A stretch of 64,000 nt of DNA from Octopus sinensis (GCF_006345805.1 NC_043004.1:103230001-103294000); one strand, 5' to 3'; positions 26,331-38,650 are shown, numbered from the stretch's first letter. Numbers and translations: made by a program. Notes: a model not told the origin generated them from the letters alone.

Positions 26331-26839
26331 TGACTGAGTAACTGCTAATAATTGGAGGATTTCGTGTGCAGATTAAGTGTAAACAAAGGTTGTGGGGTAA
26401 AACATGCAACACATATTTCAGTGAAGTTAATTGATTCGAGAAAACAAGCGTGTGCATGTCATACATCTATTTGCTTCGTCTATCTTTTTGACTCTAGCAA
26501 AACAATACAGAGAGCATAACAACAGATCTGGTAGGGCGATCAATAATACAAGATACCACCAGGCACGGATATGCGCAAGCATATATATATATGCACACAT
26601 ATGGGTGACAGTGTAGGTGTCTATGTATATATATATAATATATATACATACAAAAACACGTAAATATACGAATACAAGTTGTTGAATGACCGGTAAATGC
26701 ATTGAATTAGGGAAACGTGTTGAGCAAGCATACAAATAAGCCTCTCCACTAAATTCCACAATGAGAAGTGCTTTGCAACACCTCTAAGCTAGCATTGTAA
26801 TGACGAAGTAAAACCAAGAAAGAAAGGCTCTCTACTAAC

Positions 26840-26883
26840 CAGGACGGGACTTCAAAGTTGTTCACCAAAGGTTCCTTCGCCAT
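26840..26883 (-). CDS. PPP1R8: NIPP1 (nuclear inhibitor of PP1) coding exon 1, MAKEPLVNNFEVPS(W)
   Basis: Minus strand reads caaaATGGCG...GTCCCGTCCTG|gttagt. The 44 nt end in phase 2 and join exon 2 to give EVPSW-AGKPP, as in NIPP1 (human DCPTWAGKPP, from memory). Confidence 0.88.
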
Positions 26884-26955
26884 TTTGAATACTATAAAAG
26901 AATTATAGGCCACTCCAAGGGAGATAACTATTTTTCAAGGGAAGTAACTTTCCAG
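26876..26955 (-). promoter_or_regulatory. Probable PPP1R8 proximal promoter / 5'UTR
   Basis: A YY1-type AAAATGGCG overlaps the start codon, and an ETS-like GGAAGT lies at about 26940. The TSS cannot be determined from sequence. Confidence 0.4.
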
Positions 26956-27554
26956 CAAAGACAATAAAAATAAACGAGAGAAACATCATAAATTTTGACT
27001 TCAAACAAGATCTTAAACTTTGAGAACGGGTTTAATTTATACTTATTTCAAAGAGCCCTTTTGTTACTGTATTTCTGTTGAGATGCTCTGTGTTTCTTTC
27101 AAGTACTTTAAATATTACAAAGAATTTTGTAAAATAACTTAGTTATCATTCAGCCAATGTTAGGAACATAAATTGTGACTAAGGTTTGGTGGAAGATTTT
27201 AATTCAAAACTTCAGCCGGGTTGGTAACGAAAGGGTTAAATTGCTTAAAATTATTAACATGCTCACATACACGCTGTCCTGTCTTTGGTTTACGAACAAA
27301 AGCTAGAAACAAAAAATAGTATTATTTTAAAATGTTTCACTTTTAAAACCACCATGTCAAAAATAGTTAAATGTTCTGCACAATAATGAAACCTCCCCCT
27401 CAGAAATAACAGACAAATCTCCCTCAAATTATACCCTGTCATCATATAAAAGAAAGAAAATTGATATGTATGTGTGTGTGTGTGTGTGTGTGTGTATAAA
27501 AATTTTAAAGAAGAAAAGAAAATGGTGTTAAGGAAGTTAATAATATTTTCTTAT

Positions 27555-29065
27555 TTTTTTTATTAGTTTCAGCTCAAAGCTGTGTCCATGCAGGGGCACC
27601 GCCGTTTTGCTACACTGTTATTATTGAGAGCCACCTCTGATACGTGGTATTTGGTGAATAAGGGAGTTTGATGTTGCTGCCTTCATTTGTGCCTCCTGCC
27701 GCGAGGTAGATTCATCTGGGACTCATGACAGGAAGAGATCCAGTTTTGATTTGAAAACAGCTACATCCACTTTGTGTATGTCCCTCAGGCTCTTTGTGCT
27801 GTGGGCCCTTGAAACCCAGGCTGTTGCTGTAACTGGTCCTGAAGCACGATGGCATTACTGGGATCTTTGGCACTGTGCAGTGGCGACCCGTTCTAGCATA
27901 TGTGTAGGTTTCAAGGTCAAAATTTGACAAAATCCCTTATATCCCTTATATATTACTGTGTATCTCACCCGCCTTTGCTCCAGGAAGTAGAGTCTTAGCT
28001 GTTTCAGCCTTTCTCAGTAGCTGAGCTGTTGCAATGAAACGATCTTCTTTGTGAAGCTTCCCTGGATTGCTGCAAGGTCTTCTGTTAATTTTACACTGTG
28101 GGGTGTCCATAGCTGGGAACAGTAGTCCTGGCGACTGAGGGCGAATGGCCTCCAGAGGACCATTATCGTTCCCTTCTCTATGGTTCTGAAGATTCTTAGG
28201 ATCCAGCCAGCCATCCGTCTGCACTTTGTCACCATCTTGGTAATGTGCACTTGGAAAGAGGTAACATCTATTTCTTTATTGCCCACAGGGGGCTAAACAT
28301 AGATGGGACAAACAAAGAATTAAGTCTATTAAATCGACCCCAGTGCATAACTGGTACTTATTTAATCGACCCCAAAAGGATGAAAGGCTAAGTCGACTTC
28401 GGCTGAATTTGAACTTAGAATGTAGCAGCAGATGAAATACTGCTAAGCATTTTACCCAGCGTACTAACGTTTCTGCCAGCTTGCTGCCTCATTCATGTCA
28501 ATACCCAGGTCCCGCACTGATTTAGGTCCTGGGATTGTAAACCGCCATGGGCCAGTGTACCCTGTAATTTTTTTGTTCAGTTTTGGGTGCTGGTAGTTCA
28601 GTTTTGTTCAGTTCTGGGTGCACGGCTTGGAATTTTCCAGCATTAAACTGCATATTATTATCCTCAGCCCATCTGTTAATTGAGTCCAACTCCTGCTGCA
28701 GGTGTGCAACATCGCAAAAGTTTTGTATTTTCTTCAAGACTTTAGTATGGTCTGCATAGCTAGCAAGGGTGGCTATCCAGGCATCTGACGGCATATCTGA
28801 GAGAACCACTATGAAAAGCAGTGGTCCCAAGACAGTGCCCTGTGGAACACCACTCACTATTTGTGTTTTCTTTGTGCTGGTTCCATTGGCCAAAACTGCC
28901 TGACGTCTATCTTTCAGAAAGTCATGTAACCACTTCCAAATATTCCAGTTATCCCAAGATTCACGCAGTTTGTGACATATCACACCATGATCAATTATAT
29001 CAAAAGCTTTTGCAAAGTCAAGATATATTACGTCTACATTTGAGTTGTCAAGTAACTGCCTCAAC
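27555..29065 (-). mobile_element. 5'-truncated CR1-type LINE (RT and C-terminus) upstream of PPP1R8, split by a SINE at about 28285-28495
   Basis: VDVIYLDFAKAFD, SGVPQGTVLGPLLF, YADHTK (degenerate YADD) and DYCSQLWTPH. Confidence 0.85.
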
Positions 29066-29686
29066 ACCCATTTATATTGCTATAGGAGCTGAGCCAGGCA
29101 GCTCCCTCCTGGTTGAAAGCCATGCTAGGTATTATGATTATAAGGCGGCGAGCTGGCAGAATCGTTAGCACGCCGGGTGAAATGCGTAGCCTTATTTCAT
29201 CTGCCATTACGTTCTGAGTTCAAATTCTGCCAAGGTCGACTTTGCCTTTCGGGGTCAATAAATTAAGTACCAGTTATGCACTGGGGTCAATGTAATCGAC
29301 TTAATCCGTTTGTCTGTCCTTGTTTGTCCCCTCTATGTTTAGCCCCTTGTGGGCAGTAAAGAAATAGGTATTATGATTATCTTATTTACACCACAAGACC
29401 CATTTGAATGAACAGCACACAGAATTTATGTCTCCACACTATCCACTCATAATAACAAAATATGAACACCTATCGGAATCTACATATCATGGACAAGAAG
29501 CCTTTCTACCCATTCTACACAGCGCTTTCCTTGGATAATGGAACTGCAACTGCAGCATCCTACATATATTTTTACTTTTATTTTTATTTTTATTTTTATT
29601 CTCTTATTTCCCTTTATTCTTCCTTTCCCAAAACAACTCCTTATATAGAACTCTACTGTTTCCCTCTAGTTAACTTTCTCGTATCA

Positions 29687-29732
29687 TCTCTGATGAAGGG
29701 ACATCTCTAATATCCCAGAAACAGTTGTAAGA
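29687..29732 (+). ncRNA. Minimal type I hammerhead ribozyme motif (Penelope-like remnant)
   Basis: TCT-CTGATGA-A-GGGA..TCCC-A-GAAAC-AGTT-GTA-AGA. Confidence 0.55.
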
Positions 29733-29814
29733 CCACCTTCTCTTTATAAATGTCCTAGAAATTCCACATAGCCTTCGTTTTGTTGTCTCATTTTATTTAA
29801 CACACACACACTCA

Positions 29815-29858
<44 letters not shown>

Positions 29859-30231
29859 CATTTCAAGGATTCATGTCCTCATTAATAAATCCAAAATTTC
29901 ATTGGTTTAATCGCCATCACATTAGAAGAAAATTTCTTCAATGTTTTAGGGATTATTATTTATAATAAGTATTATTAATAATTAGGTAAGGAACTGGAGC
30001 GCTGAGCATGTATAGTCAATTTATTTGTATCATAGTTTGAAGTTAAAATTTAAATACAAATAAATCTTAAAAAGTACAAAAGGATCTCAAATAACCTACA
30101 TATATTTTTATTCTGGCCCCTTTGTTATTCATAATTCGAAGCATTTGGGTTAAATCCAATGTTAAGAATTGGTTATCATTTTAAACAGTATGTGGTAGAA
30201 TCTCTTCAGGATTTTTTGTTTTTATAAAGTG

Positions 30232-30620
30232 TGTGGAAGCACTCCGTCGGTTACGATGACGAGGGTTTCGGTTGATCCGACCAACGGAACAGACTGCTCG
30301 TGAAATTAACGGGTAAGTGGCTGAGCACTCCACAGACATGTGTACCCTTAACGTAGTTCTCGGGGATATTCAGCGTGACACAGAGAGTGACCAAGCCGGC
30401 CCTTTGAAATACAGGTACAACAGAAACAGGAAGTAAGAGTGAGAGAAAGTTGTGGTGAAAGAGTACAGCAGGGATCACCACCATCCCCTGCCGGAGCCTC
30501 GTGGAGCTTTAGGTGTTTTCGCTCAATAAACACTCACAACGCCCGGTCTGGGAATCGAAACCGCGATCCTACGACCACGAGTCCGCTGCCCTAACCACTG
30601 GGCCATTGCGCCTCCACTTT
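30232..30620 (-). mobile_element. tRNA-derived SINE family D (GGAGGCGCAATGGCCCAGTGGTTAG head)
   Basis: Box A and box B in the head. Related copies at 38170-38476, 45345-45650, 45750-46075 and 54890-55025. Confidence 0.75.
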
Positions 30621-31889
30621 TATAAAGTAAAGGTTATATCTTTCTTGAAATATTTTTATTATATAAGAAAAAGAAGAAAAGAAAAAAATTTATTATAGAA
30701 AAGAAGGAAGAAAGAAAGATTAGTGGTTACAGTTGAATGCCTTTGAAAATAGGTCTACTACAATAGAAATTGCCTAGATATTAAGTGTTTGCCTCATATC
30801 TTGATTTTAAAAAATTTTTAAACTATTTATAGGTGCAGGAGTGGCTGTGTGGTATGTAGCTTGCTTACCAACCACATAGTTCTGGGTTCATTCCCACTGT
30901 GTGGCACCTTGGGCAAGTGTCTTCTACTATAGCCCCGGGCTGACCAAAGCCTTGCGAGTGGATTCGGTAGACAGAAACTGAAAGAAGCCCATCATATATA
31001 TGTATATATATATATATATATGTGTGTATGTGTGTGTATATGTTTGTGTGTCTGTGTTTGTCCCCCCCCCAACATCGCTTGACAACCGATGGTGGTTGTT
31101 TACATCCCCGTAACTTAGTGGTTCGGCAAAAGAGACTAATAGAATAAGTACTAAGCTTACAAAGAATAAGTCCTGGGGTCGATTTGCTCGACTAAAGGCG
31201 ATGCTCCAGCATGGCTGCAGTCAAATGACTGAAATAAGTAAAAGAGTAAAGAGTAATCTGTCAGATATAACACATTTTGATCTTAGTCAAAAGGCCAAGA
31301 AGTAATATTGTACTCAGACATAAAAACAATTATAGAACATTACCTTTTATTTCCTTTATACCACCAGCGAAAAATTGGCTTCTTTAGATATTGTTGGTGA
31401 AATAATTTCATACTTCCCAAGCACAGAGTTTCAGCTAAGAATATAACAGGTCTTTACTCACAAGATAACTCAATCCTAAATTTACATACTTATGTGGAAA
31501 TGTGCAGTTGTAATTTAGAAAATTAATTGTATAATTTATGTTGTAAAGCATGTTCATGTCTATTGTCTTGGTTGTAGTACCAAACAAGTGTCAGCAGATA
31601 AATAGCCTTCAGTAAAGAAAAATAACAAATGATGTACATGTGTTAAAACTAGTTGAAATTATTCTGAAGAACATCTGTTAGCTTGACCAAGGCTGGTGGC
31701 ATCTAGCTAAGAGGGAAATCATCATCATCATCATCATCATCATTTAACGTCCGCTTTCCATGCTAGCATGGGTTGGACGGTTCAACTGGGGTCTGGGGAG
31801 CCCGAAAGCTGCACCAGTCCAGTCAGATCTGGCAGTGTTTCTACAGCTGGATGCCCTTCCTAACGCCAACCACTCCGAGAGTGTAGTGG

Positions 31890-32335
31890 GTGATTTTATG
31901 TGCCACCGACACAGGTGCCAGACGAGGCTGACAAACGGCCACGCTCGGATGGTGTTTTTTATGTGCCACCGACACAGGTGCCAGACGAGGCTGGCAGACG
32001 GCCACGCTCGGATGGTGTTTTTTATGTGCCACCGACACAGGTGCCAGACGAGGCTGGCAGACGGCCACGCTCGGATGGTTTTTTATGTGCCACCGACACA
32101 GGTGCCAGACGAGGCTGGCAGACGGCCACGCTCGGATGGTGTTTTTTATGTGCCACCGACACAGGTGCCAGACGAGGCTGGCAGACGGCCACGCTCGGAT
32201 GGTGTTTTTTATGTGCCACCGACACAGGTGCCAGACGAGGCTGGCAGACGGCCACGCTCGGATGGTGTTTTTTATGTGCCACCGACACAGGTGCAGATGA
32301 GGCTGGCAAACGGCCACGATCGGATGGTGCTTATA
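31890..32335 (+). repeat. 63-bp minisatellite, 7 units, inside a Nin-type SINE
   Basis: ATGTGCCACCGAC starts at 31898, 31961, 32024, 32085, 32148, 32211 and 32274. Confidence 0.95.
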
Positions 32336-32374
32336 TGTATGTATGTATATACATATATATATATATATATATAT

Positions 32375-32594
32375 AAAATAATAGTTATCGCCATACTAAT
32401 ATGGCATTCTTATAAAAATAAGAAAAAAGCTGTCCGCTTATTAGCTCCATGAGGCCATCGCCTTAAGTTAGCTATTTGATACACAAACTGTATCCATATA
32501 ACTTAAGGCGATGGCCTCATGGAGCTAATAAGCGGACAGCTTTTTTCTTATTTTTATAAGAATGCCATATTAGTATGGCGATAACTATTATTTT
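32375..32594. repeat. 220-bp fold-back element flanked by (TA)n
   Basis: 32375-32470 is the exact reverse complement of 32499-32594. Confidence 0.95.
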
Positions 32595-33820
32595 ATATAT
32601 ATATATACAAGCCAGAAGCACAAGGGCCAGTCAGGCGGCACTGGCAGTGACCATGCTCAAATGGTGCTTTTTACATGCCACCAGCATGATAACCAGTCAA
32701 GCAGCACTGACATCAACCATACTTAAATGGTGCTTTTTACATGCCACCAGCAAGGTAACCAGTTAGGTGGTACTGGCATTGACCATACTTGAATGGTGCT
32801 TTTTACAAGTCACTGGCATGGGAGCCAGTCAGACAGCATTGGCATTGGCCACGCTTGAATGATGCTTTTTACATGTCACCAGTATAGGTGCCAGTCAGGC
32901 ATCAGCCACAACAATGATTTCATTTGATTCAACAGGTCTTCTCAAGCACAGCATATTGCCCAACGATTGAAGGGTACTTTTAAATGGGTCAGTTATGTGA
33001 CACTGGCATCAGCTGCAGATATGATCCTACTTGGCTAGTTGGGTCTTCTATATATTTCTGCATATATTTATTCTTTTATTCTTTTACTTATTTCAGTCAT
33101 TTGATTGTGGCTATGCTGGAGCACTGCCTTGAAGTGTTTTTGTCAAACAATTCAACCCCAGGACTTGTTTTTAAGCCTTGTACTTATTCTCTCGGTCTCT
33201 TTGTTGAACTGCTAAATTGCAGGGACATAAACACACCGACACCAGTTGTCAAGCAATAATAGGGGGACAAACAGAGACACAAAGATATACACACACACAT
33301 AGATATATGCATATATATATATATACGATGGGCTTCTTTCAGTTTCCATCTACCAAATTCACTCACAAGGTTTGGTTGGCCCAAGGTTATAACAGAATAC
33401 ACTTGCCCAAAGTGATACACTGTGGGACTGAACCTGGATCCATGTGGTTAGAAAGCAAGCTTAATGTCCACTTTCCATGCTGGCATGGGTTGAACAGGTT
33501 CACTGGAACTGGTAAGCCAGAGAGCTGCACCAGGTTCCAGTTTGATTTGGTACATTTTCTATGGCAGGATGCCTTTCCTAACACCAATCACTCCAAGAGC
33601 ATAATGGGGGCTTTTTACATGCCACCAACATGGGTGCCATTTTCATGACACTGGCAACAGCAACAACTACAATTTCACTTGGCTTGACGAGTCTTCTTAT
33701 GCACAGTATATTGCCAAAGATCTCGATCAATTGACATCACCTATGTGAGGGCCAGCATTAGAAGATCCTGTTTCACCACCTTGTCCCATGTCTTCCTGGG
33801 TTTACCTTTTCCACAGGTTA

Positions 33821-33904
<84 letters not shown>

Positions 33905-34299
33905 GAGACAGACAGACAGAGGAAGAGAGAGAGAGAGAGAGGCAGAGAGACAGAGAAAGAGAGAGAGGGTGAGAAAGACAGACAGAGACAGGAGTACTAA
34001 ATAGGTTAATTCATGGCCCACAGGGTGCTAGTTCTGATTGGCTAAAATTAATGGTTGGCTGAAATAGTACACATGGCAACAGAAAAAAAAAATGGTTATG
34101 CAATCCATTTAACAAACTGAAACATGTCAGGTAGGCTACTAGTCTCTAATTGGCTCAACTAAAATACCTAACAGAATAATGAAATTAGACTGTCATCTTT
34201 AGGCTTGAAAGTTACATATAGTAATAATGCTCATTTGCTGTTGTTGACAATGACCAGGACATCACATGGGAGAAGAAGATGGGTCACAGAGTGTCCAGC

Positions 34300-34700
34300 T
34301 GTAGCTAATCAGGCCAATGCATGCTCAAAAGGTTCTGCTGCAGGTTGGGCATTGGTGGTCTGCTGGGAATGAAGACAAAGAGTTGGCTCTGGCCTTGCAA
34401 AGCTCACATTTTCTTTGTGCTCTTGTGAACCTATTCTCTTCATAGGAGGTGGTACCTTTGTTGGTGCAGCTATGCCAGGCAAGGCAGTCATATGCTTGCA
34501 TTTCCCAGGCATCAGAGTTGATCTGAAAGCACTTCAGTGAGACTTTGTGTGTAACTTTGAAGTGCTTTTTCTGCCCATCTTGTGGGCTCTTGCATTCCAT
34601 CAATTCATTGTAAAACAGTCTTTTGGGTTGTTGTGTGCCAGGCATTTGAACAAAAATTATGTAGCAATGTTGAAACAGAGGTTTGCTTGCATTTGGTGAT
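34300..34700 (-). mobile_element. RTE (BovB-like) LINE 3' end with C2H2 knuckle
   Basis: PKRLFYNEL..GQKKHFK..SLK..DAWE..HQCPTCSRTF. Confidence 0.75.
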
Positions 34701-35107
34701 TGTTCTTTTTCTTGAAAAGTTTTCTCAAAAATATATTTGTCTTTTACTGTTGTACATGCAGTTTCCTTGTGTTCAATGCTAAGAGTATGAGGGTAAATCG
34801 TTCCACAGGAAATAATAAATGACACTCCATATCTGCTGGCTGCTGGGGTTGATTGATTGTAGGTTTCGTGTTAGATTTCTTCTGTCACTCACTCTCAATG
34901 TGTAGATTTTTTATAATTTTAAACATGTAATACTCCTTTAAATGCTAGCATGAACAGTCTTTTAATCTTTTAACAATGTTTCACAGTACAAGCATTCTTG
35001 TCGAGACTCCTGTCAGAAATTTACTATGAAACACTTTACAGTCTTTAAATATTCCCTTTATCTCACAAGCAACAATTTCCAAAATCTTTGTTTTAGAGAT
35101 GATATGA

Positions 35108-35657
35108 GGCACTGGCTCTCATGGCTTCTGATCTTAACTGATTGGAAGTGTTATCATGTACATTGTTTTGTCTTGGTATAAAAGATGGGCTACAGCAAAT
35201 ATTCTGCTCAATACCACAGATTTGCTTGTCAGTTGCTTGACCATAACCAGTTGAGCATTGTCAGTTGAGCTGACGATATGTGCATCTCTGATCATGAACA
35301 GAAGAAGTGGGGGAAGCACCATAGCCATGTATTAAGAGGAATTCTTTAGGGTTTGAATAATTCACCTCTGGAAACATGAGTGTTTTGTTCACCAACCTTA
35401 ACCAAATATCATTCAGGGACCTTTTGAGTGAGATGGGCTACTTGACCTGAAGAAAATTCTAATTGGGCCCACCTGCAAGGTCATGTGCTGTTCATTTTGC
35501 TATGAGATCACCATGTTGCACTCATATGGTTGTGATGCATGTGCCTAGTGTACCCTTATCAGACAGGTAATCATGATGGGTATATTGGACTTTGTATATT
35601 TGTACCCTAGTGTCACTTTGATGGCATGCACTGCTCTGTCATTCAATAATAATAATA

Positions 35658-35700
<43 letters not shown>

Positions 35701-36279
35701 TTTTAATTATAGATGTGAACTGATTGGAAGTGTTATCATGTATATTGTTTTGTCTTGGAATAATAGATGGGCTACAGCAAATATTCTGCTCAATACCACA
35801 GATTTGCTTGTCAGTTGTTTGACCTTAACCAGTTGAGCATGTCCCTTAGTGGCTGATGATATGTGCATCTCTGATCACGAGCAGAAGTAGTGGCAGAGCA
35901 TCATAGCCGTATTTTGAAAGGAATTCTATGAGGTTTGGATAATTCACCTTTGGAAACATGGGTGTTTTGTTCAACATCCTTAAACAACCCTTATTCAGGG
36001 ACCTTTTGAGTGGGTTACACGACCAGAAGAAAATTCTAACTGGACCCCACTGCAAGGTCATGTGCTGTTTATCTTGATATGAGATCACCATGTCGCACAC
36101 ATATGGTTGTGATGCATGTGCCTAGTGTACCCTTATCAGACGGGTAGTCATGATGGGTATACTGGGCTTCGAATATTTACCCCAGTGTCACTTGGTGGCA
36201 TGCACTGCTCTCTCACTCAATAATAATAATAATGGTGATGATGATAATAAAATGATGATGGTGGTGGTGGTGGTGGTGG

Positions 36280-36328
<49 letters not shown>

Positions 36329-36372
36329 GATGATGATCGTAATAATAATAATAATAATAATAATAATAGTAA
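35108..36372 (+). mobile_element. Two tandem copies of a ~560-bp (AAT)n-tailed non-autonomous retroelement
   Basis: CTGATTGGAAGTGTTATCATG..GATGGGCTACAGC..GCATGCACTGCTC-(AAT)n occurs twice. There is an inverted copy at 58330-58975 and a head fragment at 42079-42165. Confidence 0.7.
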
Positions 36373-36374
36373 TA

Positions 36375-37164
36375 ACTAGCTGCATAGCCCAGCGTTGCCC
36401 GGGTATGTAAGAGCCCCTAGTAGGCAACGACTAATCTCAATCTAGTCCTTTCTCTCTAGGGAACGAAGGCGCATGTGTAGGTTGCAATGTCTTCTCTTCA
36501 CTCCCAAATAACTATCAAACAGCTATCGATAATTCAACCCAACCAATTGCATCCCCTAGACAGTCTGTGGTTTGTGTTTAATACACAAATCGGTTTGCTA
36601 TGTGTGCCACATATGATTTAATTAACCGATTTTTTCCAGTAATAAAGTATCATATTGGAATAAAAAGGGCCATATAGCTCCTTGGAGCAGACATGATGCT
36701 CGCTGTGAATTTAAAAAAAAATTCCTGCCAATTTGTGAAAGATATTGTCGAAAATATGTCATCTTGAATTTGAACGCGATTTCCCAAAATGGCATGATTT
36801 TATCGATTTTTTCTGATGGTAAGGTATTGCATGGAAAACTAACGTCAGAATTAAGTTTCTTAGGGTAACATTAAGCTTCACCATGAGTTTGGTGAAAATC
36901 GATTGCAAGTTGCGAAAACTACAAAGGAAATGTGTTGCATATAAAAAGCTTAGATTCTCGACCCCATGTCGAATTTATCAATTTTTTTCAGAACTGGGGG
37001 AACTTTTCAAAATTTTCGCTGCGTTAGTTTTGAATTATGACATTGGGCTATGTGTGTGTCAAGTTTCATCAGAATCGGTTGAAAACCGTGGTCAGGGTCA
37101 GGGTACAACCTGACAGACACACAGACACACAGATAGACAAACTGCCGTTTATATAGAGAGAGAT
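36375..37164 (+). mobile_element. Helentron-type non-autonomous element (HINE/DINE-1-like)
   Basis: ACTAG start, CCCAGCGTTGCCCGGG subterminal hairpin, a (GACA/CA)n tract, and a ..TTTATATAGAGAGAGAT end. Confidence 0.65.
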
Positions 37165-38650
37165 AATAGACTAATAGATGTAAATGTTCCCATTGATAAA
37201 AATATACCTGTAAAGAAATTTGACAAACTTAGTAAATATAAGGACTTGGAAATTGAAATACAAAAGATGTGAAATCGTAACCCTTTAGCATTCAGATTAT
37301 TCTGTCAAAAATGATGCTTAATTATTCAAATGTTTTGCATTAATCATGCATAATCTCATAACTGTGAGATTTTTATGATATGATTGTTTATTTTTTAGAT
37401 TGACATTGTAGGGTAGGTATGAGGAACCAGATCTGACTGGTTTGAATATAGAACAGGTAGAATATTTTGGTCAGATATAGCCGGTTTAAATGCTAAATGG
37501 TTAAAACAAAAACTGTTCCTGTTATAGTAGGTGCCCTAGGTATGAAAAAAAATGGATGCCAGAAGCAGACAACATCTCAGGAGAACCATGTCTCAAAGAA
37601 ATCCAAAAGATTGTGCTGACAAAAGATTGTGCCCACATCCTTAGAAAAACCCTATCAGTTTAAATGTATGTGTTGTATTATATGGAGATATTTCTCTACT
37701 GCCCTTGCCACTTCCCTTCACCAAGCTTTCAGTTATATTTCAACATCTCTTAACTTTCACTTGCCCTGGGGCGCTGGGTGTGTCTTAGCAAATGATTACA
37801 TCAAACATGCAGATTAAAAGAAAATGACAACAACAACAATAATAATAATACTGCAAAGAAACAACTTGTGTAAGTGTGTGTGTGAGGAGAGTATGCGTGC
37901 AAAATATAGAGTATGTGGAATTTGGGATGAAACAATGACACACATTGTTGCAGAATGTCCCATGTTGACCTGGTGAGAGTCTTAGGGAGAATATAAGAAA
38001 TGAAAACATGAGCAAAAGGTGAAAGTTTTACACTGGTAACTTTGTCGAAAATGGAAGGAAATGATGCAATCATCAGGTAAAAAGAATTGAGCACATGCAA
38101 GATTTCGTGTGACTTTTCCATTCAAGCAGATAACTATTTGGAACATAACAAGCTAGATAGTATAGTAATATTTGTTTGTTCCCTCTCAAGCCATGCCTGG
38201 CTCTTAAGAGCCGGTTTCCCGGTTTTCTTGGCGTATAGGTTCCCCACTTGAATGGGACGCTGTTCCGTTGCAGGTGAGCTGCAAGATGCAGGAGGAAAGA
38301 GTTAGAGTAAGATGTGGCGAGAGAGTCAGCAGAAGTTCGCCATCACCTTCTGCTGGAGCTGCGTGGAGCTTAGATGTTTCGCTCATAAACACACACATCA
38401 CCAAGTCTGAGATTTGAACCTGCGATCCCTCAACCGTGAGTCCACTGCTCTAACCACTAGGCCATGTGCCTCCACAATATAGTAATAGACAAGGAAAATG
38501 GAATTTGCATATTGATTGATCCATCAAGTCCATTTGATACTAGGGTTGTGAAGAAAGGAGATATAAAGTTGGAAAAAAAACACAACCCATTAAAATTTGA
38601 GATCGCAAGGATTTAGGACATGCGATCTGTAAAGATTGTTCCTGTGGTAA
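37165..38650 (+). mobile_element. Scrambled R4/Dong-like RLE fragments interrupted by a MITE and a SINE
   Basis: Pieces encode IDVNVPID..KLSKYKDLEIEI, ETMTHIVAEC and IDPSSPFDTRVVKKGDIK. Confidence 0.55.

Noticed and set aside
31760-32452. 230-aa and 158-aa repeat-protein ORFs, and CRISPR-like periodicity
   Set aside because: The units are a SINE-internal 63-bp minisatellite with no unique spacers and no cas genes, in eukaryotic context.
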